A stretch of DNA of 39,343 nucleotides, taken from an uncultured Eubacterium sp. Lineage in GTDB: Bacteria; Bacillota; Clostridia; Lachnospirales; Lachnospiraceae. The translations under genes were made by a program, and so were the position numbers. Location of the stretch: contig ONVE01000066.1 in NCBI GenBank assembly GCA_900321215.1, positions 1-39,343 on the forward strand, given 5' to 3'. The notes beneath the pieces were generated by a model. That model worked only from the letters and a program-made list of their open reading frames with translations. It was not told the origin of the DNA and made no database searches. Below are positions 18,876-29,839 of the stretch, in pieces; position 1 is the first letter of the stretch; each line of letters opens with the position of its first letter.

Positions 18876-20777
18876 TTACTTAAATGCAAAGCGCCTGACA
18901 ATATACGAAAACAGTCCTCCGCTGTATGTTTCATACATGGAATCCTTGACCATTCCCGGATCGTCTGTAATGATATTGTCCACATCGAGGAGCATCATAT
19001 TCTCAAGGTTGGTCTTGTTGTTGATGGTCCAGACGTAGACCTCCTTGCCTCTTCTGTGGATATTTCTGACAATGACATTATCCACATATTTATAGTTTAT
19101 ACTGTATGCATCCGCATATTTAAGATCGTAATAATTACCGCCCGCAACAGACATTACATACACTGTCTTGATCCTGTCATCGATAAGCTTGATCTTTCTT
19201 ATCGCCTTATAGGAAAGCGAAGTGACAACACATCTGTCAAAGAGGTCGTATTCCTCAACCAGAGCCGCTACCGCCTCCTCAAGATGCGTATTTGAATCAT
19301 CCGGCTTAAGCTCGATATTAAGGTCTGCACGGTCTCCTACAAGCTCTATGGCTTCCCGGAGTGTCGGTATCTTCTCGTCAGGATATTTATCCTCGAATTT
19401 ACCGCTGGCAGAGATACTGCGAAGCTCTTCAAATGTCATTTCCTCAACATTCGCATCAATGCCCGTGACTCTCGAGATATTTTTATCATGAAATACCACT
19501 ATCTCTCCGTCAAGCGTCTCTCTGACATCAAGCTCGATCACGTCCGCTCCGTTCTCAATAGCAAGATCAAAGGCCGCAAGGGTATTCTCCGGTGCATGCT
19601 TTGCATCGCCTCTATGAGCAGTTACTATCGCAGTATTAAGGTTAGCTGCACGAAGGCTGATGACATTTCCCCTGACTAAAACATAGTAGGTTCCGTCAAG
19701 CACGAGGACTATCAGCAATATCATGATAAATACCGCTCTCTCATAAAGCCTTGCTCTCTCCGGAAATACGCGCGGATCAGGCTTTCTGTAGACAAGTCTC
19801 TTCTTTCCCGAGGTCTTTCTCTCGCCGTCCTCATACATATCATCAATATCACTGTCAGACGCCTCTACAGGCTTTTCACTGCCCATACCGCCCATATCAA
19901 GTATATTGTAATACTGAACGCTTATATAGCCGAAAAGTATCGGAAAGACAAGAAATACAAATATCAGATAGAAAAATGAATTTACATTTACGGTTGCCTT
20001 ATAGATAAGGTAATTTACCGACTTTGCTCCGCTTATAAGCTTAAGCAGCTTAAGCAGGAGTTCAGACATATATCCGCTCAGGAAGAAGATAGTCGCGATG
20101 ACTATGACATTTACAAATATTATTCCCAGAACCTTCCTGAAGCCGCCCTTCTTGATCATTTCAAGGCTTTTTCCGGCAGCCTTTTTGAAGCTGTATTTTT
20201 TCAGCACATAGAAATGAAGCATAAAGATAAGTCCCATACTGAGAAGACTTATAACTCCGTAGCCTATCATTACGCCATTGATCACGATCTGTCTTCTCTT
20301 CAGGTAGCTTACGATATATCCCGGTATCTTGATATTAAGAAGTGAAAAAGAGGTAAGCGCGAGGCTGCTTAACGGAAGTATCAGAAGCGACGTAAACATG
20401 ATGCCCAGATTTCTTGGTCTTAAGACCCATACCGACCTTTTAAGGCTCTTAAAGAAAAGCCTCGGTAACGTTATCCTTCTGCCTCTTCTTGAACAGTCGA
20501 TTGCAACTATCACACCGGATATATTCATGAAATTCATAAAGGCATATATCAGAAGTATCAGTATGAAGAATATATAGGTTGTCGGAGCTTTAAAAAATGT
20601 TGCGATATTGGCCTTATAGAGATAATCCAGTCCGGCGCATTTTACCGCAACATTTACAAGAGCGTAAAGCATAGGAATAAGAGCCGCATATGAGATAAGT
20701 CTCATCAGCAGCTCAAATACCATTATCGATAATGCATTACGCCTTATCAGTTTAATCGTTTCCTTTAACCCCTTCAT
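18876..20777 (-). CDS. Membrane-bound glycerophosphodiester phosphodiesterase
   Basis: N-terminal multi-TM domain; C-terminal TAHRG, APENTL, IELDV, VFHD, NIELK, VWTIN and IITDDP motifs intact. ATG 20777 preferred over the TTG at 20795. Confidence 0.9.
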   Translation of the reverse strand: MKGLKETIKLIRRNALSIMVFELLMRLISYAALIPMLYALVNVAVKCAGLDYLYKANIATFFKAPTTYIFFILILLIYAFMNFMNISGVIVAIDCSRRGRRITLPRLFFKSLKRSVWVLRPRNLGIMFTSLLILPLSSLALTSFSLLNIKIPGYIVSYLKRRQIVINGVMIGYGVISLLSMGLIFMLHFYVLKKYSFKKAAGKSLEMIKKGGFRKVLGIIFVNVIVIATIFFLSGYMSELLLKLLKLISGAKSVNYLIYKATVNVNSFFYLIFVFLVFPILFGYISVQYYNILDMGGMGSEKPVEASDSDIDDMYEDGERKTSGKKRLVYRKPDPRVFPERARLYERAVFIMILLIVLVLDGTYYVLVRGNVISLRAANLNTAIVTAHRGDAKHAPENTLAAFDLAIENGADVIELDVRETLDGEIVVFHDKNISRVTGIDANVEEMTFEELRSISASGKFEDKYPDEKIPTLREAIELVGDRADLNIELKPDDSNTHLEEAVAALVEEYDLFDRCVVTSLSYKAIRKIKLIDDRIKTVYVMSVAGGNYYDLKYADAYSINYKYVDNVIVRNIHRRGKEVYVWTINNKTNLENMMLLDVDNIITDDPGMVKDSMYETYSGGLFSYIVRRFAFK

Positions 20778-20829
20778 ACTCTTCCTTCTTAACAAAAAGG
20801 ATCACAGTCCTCTCACAGCAGCCACCGTT

Positions 20830-21855
20830 CTATATAAACATGGATGCATCCCCGAATGAGAAGAATCTGTACCTTTCCTTTACCGCTTCCTTATAAGCAT
20901 CCAGGACCTTTTCTCTGTCATAGAATGCTGATACTAACATTATAAGCGTTGATTCCGGTAAATGGAAGTTAGTAATTAATGAATTTACACATTTAAATTT
21001 ATATCCCGGATAGATGAATATGTCCGTCCATCCGCTGCAAGGTGCAAGATTTCCCTCGCTGTCCGCGGCAGACTCAAGCGTTCTGGTACTTGTAGTACCG
21101 ACAGCCACTATCCTTCCGCCGTTTTTTCTGGTCTCATTGACAAGCTCAGCACATTCCTCGCTTATCATATAAAACTCACTGTGCATGTGATGCTCTTCAA
21201 TCTTCTCAACCTTAACCGGTCTGAAGGTTCCGAGTCCGACATGGAGGGTAAGCCTTGCGATCTTAACCCCCTTGTCCTCTATCTTCTTAAGCAGTTCTTC
21301 AGTAAAATGAAGTCCAGCTGTAGGTGCAGCAGCAGAGCCGCTGTTCTTTGCATAAACTGTCTGATAACGGTTTTTATCCTCCAGCTTATGAGTGATATAA
21401 GGCGGAAGCGGCATTTCTCCGAGGCTGTCCAGTATTTCCTCCCAGATACCCTCGTAGCTGAACTTTATAAGTCGGTTTCCGTCCTCTACCACTTCGAGAA
21501 CCTCACCCTTAAGTATTCCGTCGCCAAATGTAACAACTGCGCCCGGCTTCATTTTCTTACCCGGCTTTACCAGTGTTTCCCAGATGTTATTGCCCTTATT
21601 CTTAAGAAGAAGAACCTCTATAACAGCTCCTGTTTCTTCTTTCACTCCCATGAGACGTGCCGGAATAACCTTTGTTTCATTTATCACAAGACAGTCTCCG
21701 GGATTTAGATAATCTATAACATCACTGAAATGCTTATGCTCTATCTTTCCTGTATCCCTGTGAACCACCATCAGCCTTGAATCACTTCTCTTAAGAAGAG
21801 GATCCTGGGCTATCAGCTCCTCAGGAAGTTCGTAATTAAAATCCGAGAGTTCCAT
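20830..21855 (-). CDS. queA: S-adenosylmethionine:tRNA ribosyltransferase-isomerase
   Basis: [35 protein letters not shown] and YRFFSFGD motifs. Confidence 0.98.
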   Translation of the reverse strand: MELSDFNYELPEELIAQDPLLKRSDSRLMVVHRDTGKIEHKHFSDVIDYLNPGDCLVINETKVIPARLMGVKEETGAVIEVLLLKNKGNNIWETLVKPGKKMKPGAVVTFGDGILKGEVLEVVEDGNRLIKFSYEGIWEEILDSLGEMPLPPYITHKLEDKNRYQTVYAKNSGSAAAPTAGLHFTEELLKKIEDKGVKIARLTLHVGLGTFRPVKVEKIEEHHMHSEFYMISEECAELVNETRKNGGRIVAVGTTSTRTLESAADSEGNLAPCSGWTDIFIYPGYKFKCVNSLITNFHLPESTLIMLVSAFYDREKVLDAYKEAVKERYRFFSFGDASMFI

Positions 21856-21867
21856 ATTTTTCTCCCT

Positions 21868-24300
21868 TTATGATCTAAGCTCTATGCCCTGCTTTCCAAG
21901 TTCCTTAAGGATCTTGTCAACTGCGGCATTTACCTCATCGTCTGAAAGTGTTCTGTCAAGTGCTCTGAACTTAAGTGAGAATGCAACAGACTTCTTTCCA
22001 TCAGCGACCTGATCTCCTTCGTATACATCGAAGAGTGATACATGCTCAAGGATCTTTCCGCCGTTCTTCTTGATGATCTTCTCAATATTTCCAACAAATA
22101 CACTCTTATCGCAGACAAGTGCAAGGTCACGGCTGCTTCCAGGGAATTTAGCGATTCCTGAATACTTGATATCGAAGTCTGCAAGCATAGTAACAATATC
22201 CATGTAAAGAACTGCTGCGTAAACATCGCCCTTCATATCATAGTTCATTACTGCTTCCGGATGAACCTGTCCGATATAACCGATTTTAAGGTCTCCCTTA
22301 ACGATCTCTGCCTGACGTCCCGGATGAAGGAATGGATATACAGATACAGGCTCATAATCTACTGATTCAGCAAATCCAAGCTTCTCTGTAAGCTCCTCGA
22401 TAACTCCCTTAAGTGTGAAGAAATCACCGTCGCCATACATTCCAAGAGTCATTACCATTCTTTCAGAAGGAAGCTCTGTAAGAGGAAGTGCCTTTGGAAG
22501 ATATATATTTCCTAACTCATAAAGTCTTACATTCTTATTTCTTCTATTGTAGTTTAATGCAAGAGAAGTAAGCATACCGTTTAATGATACAGTACGCATG
22601 ATACTGAAGTCCTCACCAAGAGGGTTGCTGATCTTAACTGCCTTTCTAAGCTCTGAATCATTTGGTATAAGAAGCTTGTCATATACCTTTGGACTTTCAA
22701 ATGAATATGTCATACCGCCTGAGAAACCATTTGCTTCGGCAACGTCTCTTGCCATTCCGATGATCTCCTGGTCAAATGTAAGTCCGCCGATTCCTCCATT
22801 TGTTGAAGGAAGTGTTGTAGGGATATTGTCATAACCGTAAAGTCTTGCAGCTTCCTCTGCAAGGTCTGCCATACAATGAAGATCCTGTCTGTATGTAGGT
22901 ATTGTAAGTGTTCTGTCAGCTTCATTATATGAAAGTCCAAGCTTCTCAAAGCTGTGAAGCATATCTGCCTCAGGAATCTCCGTGCCAAGAAGAGCGTTCA
23001 TCTTCTCAGGCTCGAAAGGAAGAGTCCATGGCTTAACAGGTTCAGGATAAACATCAACCATGCCCTGTAAAACTTCGCCGCAGCCCATCTCCTCAATAAG
23101 CTGGCAGGCTCTGTTGATAGCCTCCTCTGCAAGATTTGGATCAAGACCCTTCTCAAATGTGCTTGAAGCCTCTGTACGAAGACCTACTCTCTTCGAAGAA
23201 AGTCTGATATTTGCTCCGTCAAATGTAGCAGCCTCGAAAAGAAGTGTTGTCATGGAATCAGTAACCATTGAGTTCTCTCCGCCCATGATACCTGCGATTG
23301 CAACTTCCTTCTCAGCGTCACAGATCATAAGAACGTCCTTGTCAAGATTTCTTTCCTGACCGTCAAGTGTTACGAACTTATCTCCGTCATTTGCACGTCT
23401 GACTATGATCTTGTTGCCTGCTATGGTATCAAGGTCAAATGCATGCATCGGCTGGCCGAGTTCTTCCATGATATAGTTTGTGATATCTACGATATTATTG
23501 ATAGAACGGATTCCCTGTGCACGAAGTCTCTGCTGCATCCACTTTGGAGAAGGTCCGATCTTTACGTTCTTAACAACTCTTGCAATATATCTCTTGCAGA
23601 GATCCTTATCCTTTATCTCTACATCTATATAATCTGAAGTTTTCTCGCTGCTTTCCTCCTTAACCTTGATAACAGGCGGGTTGAAAGGAAGGTCAAATGT
23701 AGCAGCTGCCTCTCTTGCCATTCCGAGTATTGAGAAACAGTCAACTCTGTTTGATGTGATCTCGTATTCTACATTTGCATCATGAAGACCGAGAGCCTCT
23801 ACAGCGTCATCTCCCGGCTTAACGCCTGAATCCTCGCTGAAGATGTAAATGCCGTTTTCCGGTGCTTCAGGATACATCTCACGTGAAGAACCAAGCTCTT
23901 CGATAGCGCACATCATACCAAATGACTCAACGCCGCGGAGCTTTCCTCTCTTGATCTTGATGCCGTCCTTTGGAAGCTCGCCGCCGTCATGTCCGCCTGC
24001 AACACGACCGCCGTCAAGTACTGTAGGAACAAGAGCTCCTTCAAATACATTAGGTGCACCGGTTACTATCTGTATAGGCTCCTCTGCGCCTACATCAACC
24101 TGGCATACAACAAGCTTGTCTGCATCCGGATGCTTTGCTACTGAAAGCACCTTACCTACTACTATCTTCTCAAGATTCTTATCATATTCTTTATAATTCT
24201 CAACATGTGAGCCTGAAAGTGTTATCTTATCTACAAATTCCTGAACAGGTACGTCAAGATCAGGAACATATGCTTTAATCCATGAAATCGGTGTATTCAT
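21868..24300 (-). CDS. pheT: Phenylalanine--tRNA ligase beta subunit
   Basis: HPDADKL, LRGVESFGM, ITSNRVD, NIVDITNY, EEAARLYGY, LHPGRQA and C-terminal FDX-ACB domain. Confidence 0.98.
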   Translation of the reverse strand: MNTPISWIKAYVPDLDVPVQEFVDKITLSGSHVENYKEYDKNLEKIVVGKVLSVAKHPDADKLVVCQVDVGAEEPIQIVTGAPNVFEGALVPTVLDGGRVAGGHDGGELPKDGIKIKRGKLRGVESFGMMCAIEELGSSREMYPEAPENGIYIFSEDSGVKPGDDAVEALGLHDANVEYEITSNRVDCFSILGMAREAAATFDLPFNPPVIKVKEESSEKTSDYIDVEIKDKDLCKRYIARVVKNVKIGPSPKWMQQRLRAQGIRSINNIVDITNYIMEELGQPMHAFDLDTIAGNKIIVRRANDGDKFVTLDGQERNLDKDVLMICDAEKEVAIAGIMGGENSMVTDSMTTLLFEAATFDGANIRLSSKRVGLRTEASSTFEKGLDPNLAEEAINRACQLIEEMGCGEVLQGMVDVYPEPVKPWTLPFEPEKMNALLGTEIPEADMLHSFEKLGLSYNEADRTLTIPTYRQDLHCMADLAEEAARLYGYDNIPTTLPSTNGGIGGLTFDQEIIGMARDVAEANGFSGGMTYSFESPKVYDKLLIPNDSELRKAVKISNPLGEDFSIMRTVSLNGMLTSLALNYNRRNKNVRLYELGNIYLPKALPLTELPSERMVMTLGMYGDGDFFTLKGVIEELTEKLGFAESVDYEPVSVYPFLHPGRQAEIVKGDLKIGYIGQVHPEAVMNYDMKGDVYAAVLYMDIVTMLADFDIKYSGIAKFPGSSRDLALVCDKSVFVGNIEKIIKKNGGKILEHVSLFDVYEGDQVADGKKSVAFSLKFRALDRTLSDDEVNAAVDKILKELGKQGIELRS

Positions 24301-24348
24301 TTTATATCTCCTCTTTTATATTAATCTGACATTCTGTGCCGTACATTT

Positions 24349-25368
24349 TTAAAACTGACTCAGGAATCTGACATCATTTTCATAAAGAAGTCTCATATCA
24401 TCTATCTCATACTTAAGGAGTGCAACTCTCTCAAGTCCAATACCGAATGCGAAGCCTGAATAAACATTTGGATCTATGCCGCACATCTCAAGCACGTGAG
24501 GATGAACCATTCCGCATCCGAGGATTTCAATCCAGCCTGATCCCTTGCAGACATTACAGCCCTTACCATGACACTTAAAGCATGTTACATCAACCTCTGC
24601 AGATGGCTCTGTAAATGGGAAATGATGCGGACGAAGCTTTGTCTTTGTGTCCGGTCCGAAGAAGCTCTTGGCAAACTGATCAAGAGTTCCCTTAAGGTCA
24701 GCCATAGTGATTCCCTTACCTACAACAAGTCCTTCTACCTGATGGAAGGAAGGAGAATGTGTTGCATCAACCTCATCTGAACGGAAAACTCTTCCCGGTG
24801 AAATGATCTTGATAGGAAGCTCGCCCTTCTCCATGATACGTGCCTGAACAGAAGATGTCTGTGTTCTGAGAAGGATGTCCTTTGTAATGTAAAATGTATC
24901 CTGCTCGTCCTTAGCCGGATGATTTGCAGGGATATTAAGAAGTTCGAAATTGTATCTGTCATATTCAACTTCAGGTCCCTCAACTACCTGATAGCCCATT
25001 CCGATGAATACCTTCTCAAGATCTTCAAGAGCGATCTGATTAGGATGTCTGTGGCCTCTTGCCTGTCTCTTGCCCGGAAGAGTAACGTCTATAGTCTCTC
25101 TCTTCATCTTTGCCTGAAGAAGTGTTCTGTTAAGCTCCTTCTTCTTCTCTTCGAGTTTTTCCTCGATAAGGCTTCTAACTTCATTTACCTTCTGTCCAAC
25201 CTTAGGTCTTTCCTCTGCAGGAATATCCTTCATGCTCTTGAGTATCTCTGTAAGACGTCCCTTCTTGCCAAGGAAGCCTACCTTGATCTCATCTAGTTTG
25301 TCAGGCGAATCTGACGCTTCAATAAGTTTTACTGCTTCATTTCTGATATCTCCAAGTTCCAAGCTCAT
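24349..25368 (-). CDS. pheS: Phenylalanine--tRNA ligase alpha subunit
   Basis: [27 protein letters not shown] and [10 protein letters not shown] motifs. Confidence 0.98.
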   Translation of the reverse strand: MSLELGDIRNEAVKLIEASDSPDKLDEIKVGFLGKKGRLTEILKSMKDIPAEERPKVGQKVNEVRSLIEEKLEEKKKELNRTLLQAKMKRETIDVTLPGKRQARGHRHPNQIALEDLEKVFIGMGYQVVEGPEVEYDRYNFELLNIPANHPAKDEQDTFYITKDILLRTQTSSVQARIMEKGELPIKIISPGRVFRSDEVDATHSPSFHQVEGLVVGKGITMADLKGTLDQFAKSFFGPDTKTKLRPHHFPFTEPSAEVDVTCFKCHGKGCNVCKGSGWIEILGCGMVHPHVLEMCGIDPNVYSGFAFGIGLERVALLKYEIDDMRLLYENDVRFLSQF

Positions 25369-25424
25369 CTTTTTTCCTCCTTAAAAGCTTAAACCATTTT
25401 TTACATTGTTTTCTAATCTAAAAA

Positions 25425-25690
25425 TATAAAAAACCCGGGAAGCATATAACTTCCCGGGACGAAAAACTTAAGTCTTCCGCGGTACCACCCGCATTCCGAT
25501 ATCTAAAGAACGATACCGGCTCTTTTATACTTAACGCGTATCTCGGCAGCCTCTAATCTCACAGGATTTCAAAGCCGCAACTCCGGTGTGAATATAAGAA
25601 CTGTCTTATCATAACAGGACTTTCAGCCGCCGATCCTGTCTCTCTAAACGCAGTGCAGTTCCTTTTTGCACCATCATGGTCATTTTCTAT
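25425..25690 (-). ncRNA. T-box riboswitch leader (Phe)
   Basis: Minus strand: AGAGA and GCTGAA stem I motifs; specifier TTC (25592-25590) followed by A; T-box AATGCGGGTGGTACCGCG (25495-25478); antiterminator partner CGTCCCG; then terminator. Confidence 0.95.
25427..25458 (-). terminator. T-box attenuator terminator
   Basis: CCCGGGAAG / CTTCCCGGG stem followed by TTTTTT on the minus strand. Confidence 0.9.
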
Positions 25691-25706
25691 TCATTTCTAA
25701 GAAAGC

Positions 25707-25734
25707 ATTTTAGCATAAGAAAAGATAAAGTCAA
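25707..25734 (-). promoter_or_regulatory. Promoter of the pheST leader
   Basis: TTGACT, 16 bp, TAAAAT with an extended TG. Confidence 0.65.
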
Positions 25735-25798
25735 GCACAACCTGCATACAGGCTGAAAAACGCAAGGTTTTATCTCTTCGCAGCCGGCTGCTCTGTCA

Positions 25799-27403
25799 TT
25801 ATTCCGGCGAATTCATGAGTACATCAATATCATTTCTTCCGTACTCATAGAGACTGTCGATGATTCTTTCCCTGATATCATCCGGTGCGTTAAATACGAT
25901 AATGTCCAAAAACTTATCGACGTAACCGCGCCATTTCTCGTAAATAACATTTCTGTCATTCTCATCAGGAGTTTTTGTAGCCTCTGCTTTATCAAATTCA
26001 ATATGTTCCTTACTGTTGATGATAGTACGGAAGTTCATGGATTTGAATCTTACGCCGTATGCGATGTACTGTATCTCCTCAGTTCTGACAAAGGCACAGT
26101 CATACATCTCAACAAGAAGTGAGTTAAATGTCTCTTCCGGTTCATCAAAATAATGACAATAGAAATACATATCCTCTTTCTTGGTCAGATTCTCGATATC
26201 CTGATTGTTATACCAGTAATATCTTCCTCTTCCGAAATCAGGATCGCCGCCGAATTTCTTCTCAAATTCGCGCTCGCTCTTCTTGATCTTCTTTTTCTTT
26301 TTCTTAGGCTTCGGATTCTCCTCAAGGAAATCCTTAACCTCGTTCATATCGCTGATTCCTGCAGATTCATTAATAGTATTAACTGTATCTGTGGAATTAA
26401 CTGTTGAAATATTTACTGCATTTACCGGATTGATCGGTATAGTATCGCTTGTTTCCGGAAGCGGATGAATATGCTCTTCCTTCTCACCTTCGGAAGCTGT
26501 ACCAAAGGCGCTGTCAGCAAACTCATCCCCTGCAAATGCACTGTCTGTAAAGGCGCTGTCTGTTGTTTCAACAGCTGATGCTTCGCTGACGGTTTCTTCA
26601 CTGTCTTTTTCCTTACTCTCAGCTTCTACACTGCTGTTGACCTTATCTGTATCAACTCTTATAGTAACTGAACTAAGAGTATCAGCCGCCTCAGTCTTTT
26701 CTCCGGCTGCTTTCTCTGCTGCAGCCTTCTCCTCAGCTGCCTTCTTCTTTGCTGCTCTCGATGATTCATACTCAGCTCTCTTGACTCTGTCAGCTCTTGC
26801 AACATTTTCAGCAAGCTTATCAGCCATGCTCTGAGGTGCAAAAGCACTGTCAGCGATCTCGGTATCGATGCTTTCCTCTTCTTCCGCTCTGACATCCTCG
26901 ATGATGGCATCCATACTTATAGTATCCTGAGAAGTATATTCCGGATCATATTTTCTTGCTTTTTCCTGTACCTCGGAGATATCATCTGTCGGCTCGTCTA
27001 CCGAACCGCCTTCTTCTTCATCGTCATCAGAATCGTCGTCCTCATCGTCAGAATCATCTTCATCTTCTTCGTCATCATCTTCATCATCAGAAATCTCTGA
27101 AGAAGCCTGATCCTGCTCGTCCTCCGAATCATCCTCGTCTTCATCCTCATCATCTTCCGACTCTTTATCATCGGATTCTTCATCGGATTCTTCATCGGAT
27201 TCTTCGTCAGACTCTTCATCGGATTCCTCATCCCTTGATAACGCTCTCTTTAAGGTTTTTCCAATCTCTTCATCCTCGTCCTTAGATCCGTCATTTCCCT
27301 TCAGGACCTTAACGGTGACTATTATAAGTACTACCATCAGAACAACCAGGATAGCCGCAAAAAGTATCGTTATCTTGGTTATATCATTCATCAACAGCAT
27401 CAA
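25799..27403 (-). CDS. Hypothetical protein: N-terminal TM helix, long acidic disordered region, C-terminal globular domain
   Basis: 534-aa ORF with its own promoter and a purine-rich SD; no family recognised. Confidence 0.8.
   Translation of the reverse strand: MMLLMNDITKITILFAAILVVLMVVLIIVTVKVLKGNDGSKDEDEEIGKTLKRALSRDEESDEESDEESDEESDEESDDKESEDDEDEDEDDSEDEQDQASSEISDDEDDDEEDEDDSDDEDDDSDDDEEEGGSVDEPTDDISEVQEKARKYDPEYTSQDTISMDAIIEDVRAEEEESIDTEIADSAFAPQSMADKLAENVARADRVKRAEYESSRAAKKKAAEEKAAAEKAAGEKTEAADTLSSVTIRVDTDKVNSSVEAESKEKDSEETVSEASAVETTDSAFTDSAFAGDEFADSAFGTASEGEKEEHIHPLPETSDTIPINPVNAVNISTVNSTDTVNTINESAGISDMNEVKDFLEENPKPKKKKKKIKKSEREFEKKFGGDPDFGRGRYYWYNNQDIENLTKKEDMYFYCHYFDEPEETFNSLLVEMYDCAFVRTEEIQYIAYGVRFKSMNFRTIINSKEHIEFDKAEATKTPDENDRNVIYEKWRGYVDKFLDIIVFNAPDDIRERIIDSLYEYGRNDIDVLMNSPE
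27170..27231 (-). repeat. 12-bp intragenic tandem repeat encoding (EESD)n
   Basis: atcggattcttc repeated about 5 times with minor variants. Confidence 0.85.
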
Positions 27404-27474
27404 AAAATACCTTTCCTTTCGAAAATCATTTAGAGAAAGCCCCCAGCAAAATAATTCACGTCATTAACAAAGCG

Positions 27475-27503
27475 ATTATACTACAACGTTTTTTTATTTG
27501 CAA
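27475..27503 (-). promoter_or_regulatory. Sigma-A promoter of the acidic hypothetical gene
   Basis: TTGCAA, 17 bp, TATAAT. Confidence 0.7.
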
Positions 27504-27522
27504 TCCGAATAAATACACTTAT

Positions 27523-28092
27523 TTACATCTCATAGCCTGCGTAGAATGCCTTAAGGTTGATGTCTACTGTCTTAGGAGGTACTGTATTTCTGATAACTTC
27601 TTCCCACTGCGAAACTGTGTAATCCATATGTTTTGCAGCCATACCGAGGACTATCACGTTGAATGTTCTGGTATTTCCGATCTCCTTTGCCTTTGACATT
27701 GCATCAATTGCAAATACCTTATACTTTGAAGACAGATCTTCGATTATTCCTTCAGGATACTCAGCTGCACCTGTGATTACAGGCATAGGATCGATCCTCT
27801 GGTCATTTACTATGATAACTCCGTCCTTCTTAAGGAAATGAGCATATCTTGCAGCCTCAAGTCTTTCAAATGCAATAAGCACATCTGCGCAGCCCTCTTC
27901 TACGATCGGTTCTGCAACATTTTCACCATATCTTACATAAGTAACAACGCTTCCGCCTCTCTGAGCCATTCCATGAACCTCAGAAAGCTTAACATCATAT
28001 CCGGCACTAAGAGCGAGTCCTCCAAGAATACGGCTTGTAAGAAGTGTTCCCTGTCCGCCTACGCCTACTATCATAATATTCTTTACTGCCAT
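27523..28092 (-). CDS. iorB: Indolepyruvate (arylpyruvate):ferredoxin oxidoreductase beta subunit
   Basis: GVGGQG and SEVHGMAQRGGSV motifs; start set at MAVKN (SD GAGGGG). Confidence 0.95.
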   Translation of the reverse strand: MAVKNIMIVGVGGQGTLLTSRILGGLALSAGYDVKLSEVHGMAQRGGSVVTYVRYGENVAEPIVEEGCADVLIAFERLEAARYAHFLKKDGVIIVNDQRIDPMPVITGAAEYPEGIIEDLSSKYKVFAIDAMSKAKEIGNTRTFNVIVLGMAAKHMDYTVSQWEEVIRNTVPPKTVDINLKAFYAGYEM

Positions 28093-28093
28093 A

Positions 28094-29839
28094 TTACTCA
28101 CCCCTCTTCTTAAGTGAAATAGCTTCAAACGGACAATTCTTCATGCAGAGTCCGCAGCCATTGCACATTGTATCATCTATAACAGCCTTGCCTGTTTCCT
28201 TATCCTTCTTTATAGCTGGACAACCGGCCTGGAGACACTTACCACACTTCTTGCACTTTTCAGGATCAACATAGCATTTTCCCTTAGGCACATACTCCTT
28301 AAGGAGTGCACATGGTGACTGAGCGATGATAACTGAAAGCTCATCTCTTGCAACCTCAGTCTTGACAACCTCCTCAAACTTCTCAAGATCATACGGATCA
28401 ACAACTTCAACATGATTGATATTCATAGCCTTGCAGATCTTCACGAGATCGATAGCAAGTGTTGTCTCGCCCTGAAGTGTCTTGCCTGTAGCAGGATTAT
28501 CCTGGTGGCCTGTCATACCTGTTGTAGAGTTATCAAGGATGATAACTGTACCGGTAGCCTTATTGTAAGCCATATTCATAAGTGAGTTAACACCTGTATG
28601 CATAAATGTTGAATCACCGATTACTGCAACCCAGTTCTTAACATACTCGCTGCCCTTAGCCTTTTCCATACCATGAAGCATAGAGATACTTGCGCCCATG
28701 CAGAGTGTTGTATCAACAACATTAAGCGGCGCAACAGCTCCGAGTGTATAACATCCGATATCTCCGGAAGCATGGATCTTCAGCTTCTTAAGTACTGAAA
28801 ATGTAGCTCTGTGAGGACAACCCGGACAAAGGATAGGTGGTCTCATAGGAACCTTTGCAGCCTCAGCTGCTTCTACCGACTCTCCAAGGATTGCCTTACG
28901 GATCATATTTGCACTGTACTCGCCCTGGATCGTAAAGATCTCCTTGCCCGTACACTCGATGCCCCATGACTTAACCTGCTCCTCGATAACCGGCTCAAGC
29001 TCCTCAACGATATAGAGCTTATCAACCTTTGATGCAAACTCCTCGATCAGCTTCTTTGGAAGCGGATTAACAAGACCGAGCTTAAGGATGGATGCATTTG
29101 GAAGCACCTCCTTAACATACTGATAAGGAATACCGCTTGTGATAACACCGATCTTTGTATCATTATATGTAACCTTATTGATATCAAGAGTACATGCATC
29201 CTCAATAAGACGATTTGTTCTTGCTTCAACAACAAGATGTCTTCCCTTTGCATTTCCCGGCATCATGATATTCTTGGCCGGATTTCTCTCGTATGGCTTA
29301 TCATCAGGTGTTACTCGGTCTTCAATATTTACAAGTCCCTGAGAATGTGCAAGTCTTGTGGTTGTACGTACGATTACAGGTGTATCGTACTCCTCTGAGA
29401 TTTCGAATGCTCTCTTGGTAAAATATCTTGCCTCTTCAGAATCTGAAGGCTCGATAACAGGTACACATGCTGCTCTTGCAACACGTCTTGTGTCCTGCTC
29501 GTTCTGTGAACTGTAAAGTCCCGGATCATCAGCAGCTATCATAACAAGTCCGCCATTTGCTCCGATATATGAAACCGAATAAAGCGGATCTGCAGCTACA
29601 TTTACGCCTACATGCTTCATAGCGCACATAGCTCTTACACCTGCTATTGATGCACCGACAGCAACCTCTGTTGCTACCTTTTCATTCGGTGCCCACTCTG
29701 CATATACTCCTTCATACTTAACTAAATACTCACTCACCTCTGTACTAGGTGTTCCCGGATAAGCAGAGGATACTTTTACTCCCGCTTCATAAGCTCCTCT
29801 AGCGATTGCCTGGTTTCCAAGCATTATCTTCTTTTCCAT
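28094..29839 (-). CDS. iorA: Indolepyruvate (arylpyruvate):ferredoxin oxidoreductase alpha subunit
   Basis: YPGTPS, MKHVG, SSQNEQD, LCPGCPH, GDIGCY, TPP-binding GDST...N, and C-terminal 2x[4Fe-4S] Cys motifs. Confidence 0.96.
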   Translation of the reverse strand: MEKKIMLGNQAIARGAYEAGVKVSSAYPGTPSTEVSEYLVKYEGVYAEWAPNEKVATEVAVGASIAGVRAMCAMKHVGVNVAADPLYSVSYIGANGGLVMIAADDPGLYSSQNEQDTRRVARAACVPVIEPSDSEEARYFTKRAFEISEEYDTPVIVRTTTRLAHSQGLVNIEDRVTPDDKPYERNPAKNIMMPGNAKGRHLVVEARTNRLIEDACTLDINKVTYNDTKIGVITSGIPYQYVKEVLPNASILKLGLVNPLPKKLIEEFASKVDKLYIVEELEPVIEEQVKSWGIECTGKEIFTIQGEYSANMIRKAILGESVEAAEAAKVPMRPPILCPGCPHRATFSVLKKLKIHASGDIGCYTLGAVAPLNVVDTTLCMGASISMLHGMEKAKGSEYVKNWVAVIGDSTFMHTGVNSLMNMAYNKATGTVIILDNSTTGMTGHQDNPATGKTLQGETTLAIDLVKICKAMNINHVEVVDPYDLEKFEEVVKTEVARDELSVIIAQSPCALLKEYVPKGKCYVDPEKCKKCGKCLQAGCPAIKKDKETGKAVIDDTMCNGCGLCMKNCPFEAISLKKRGE

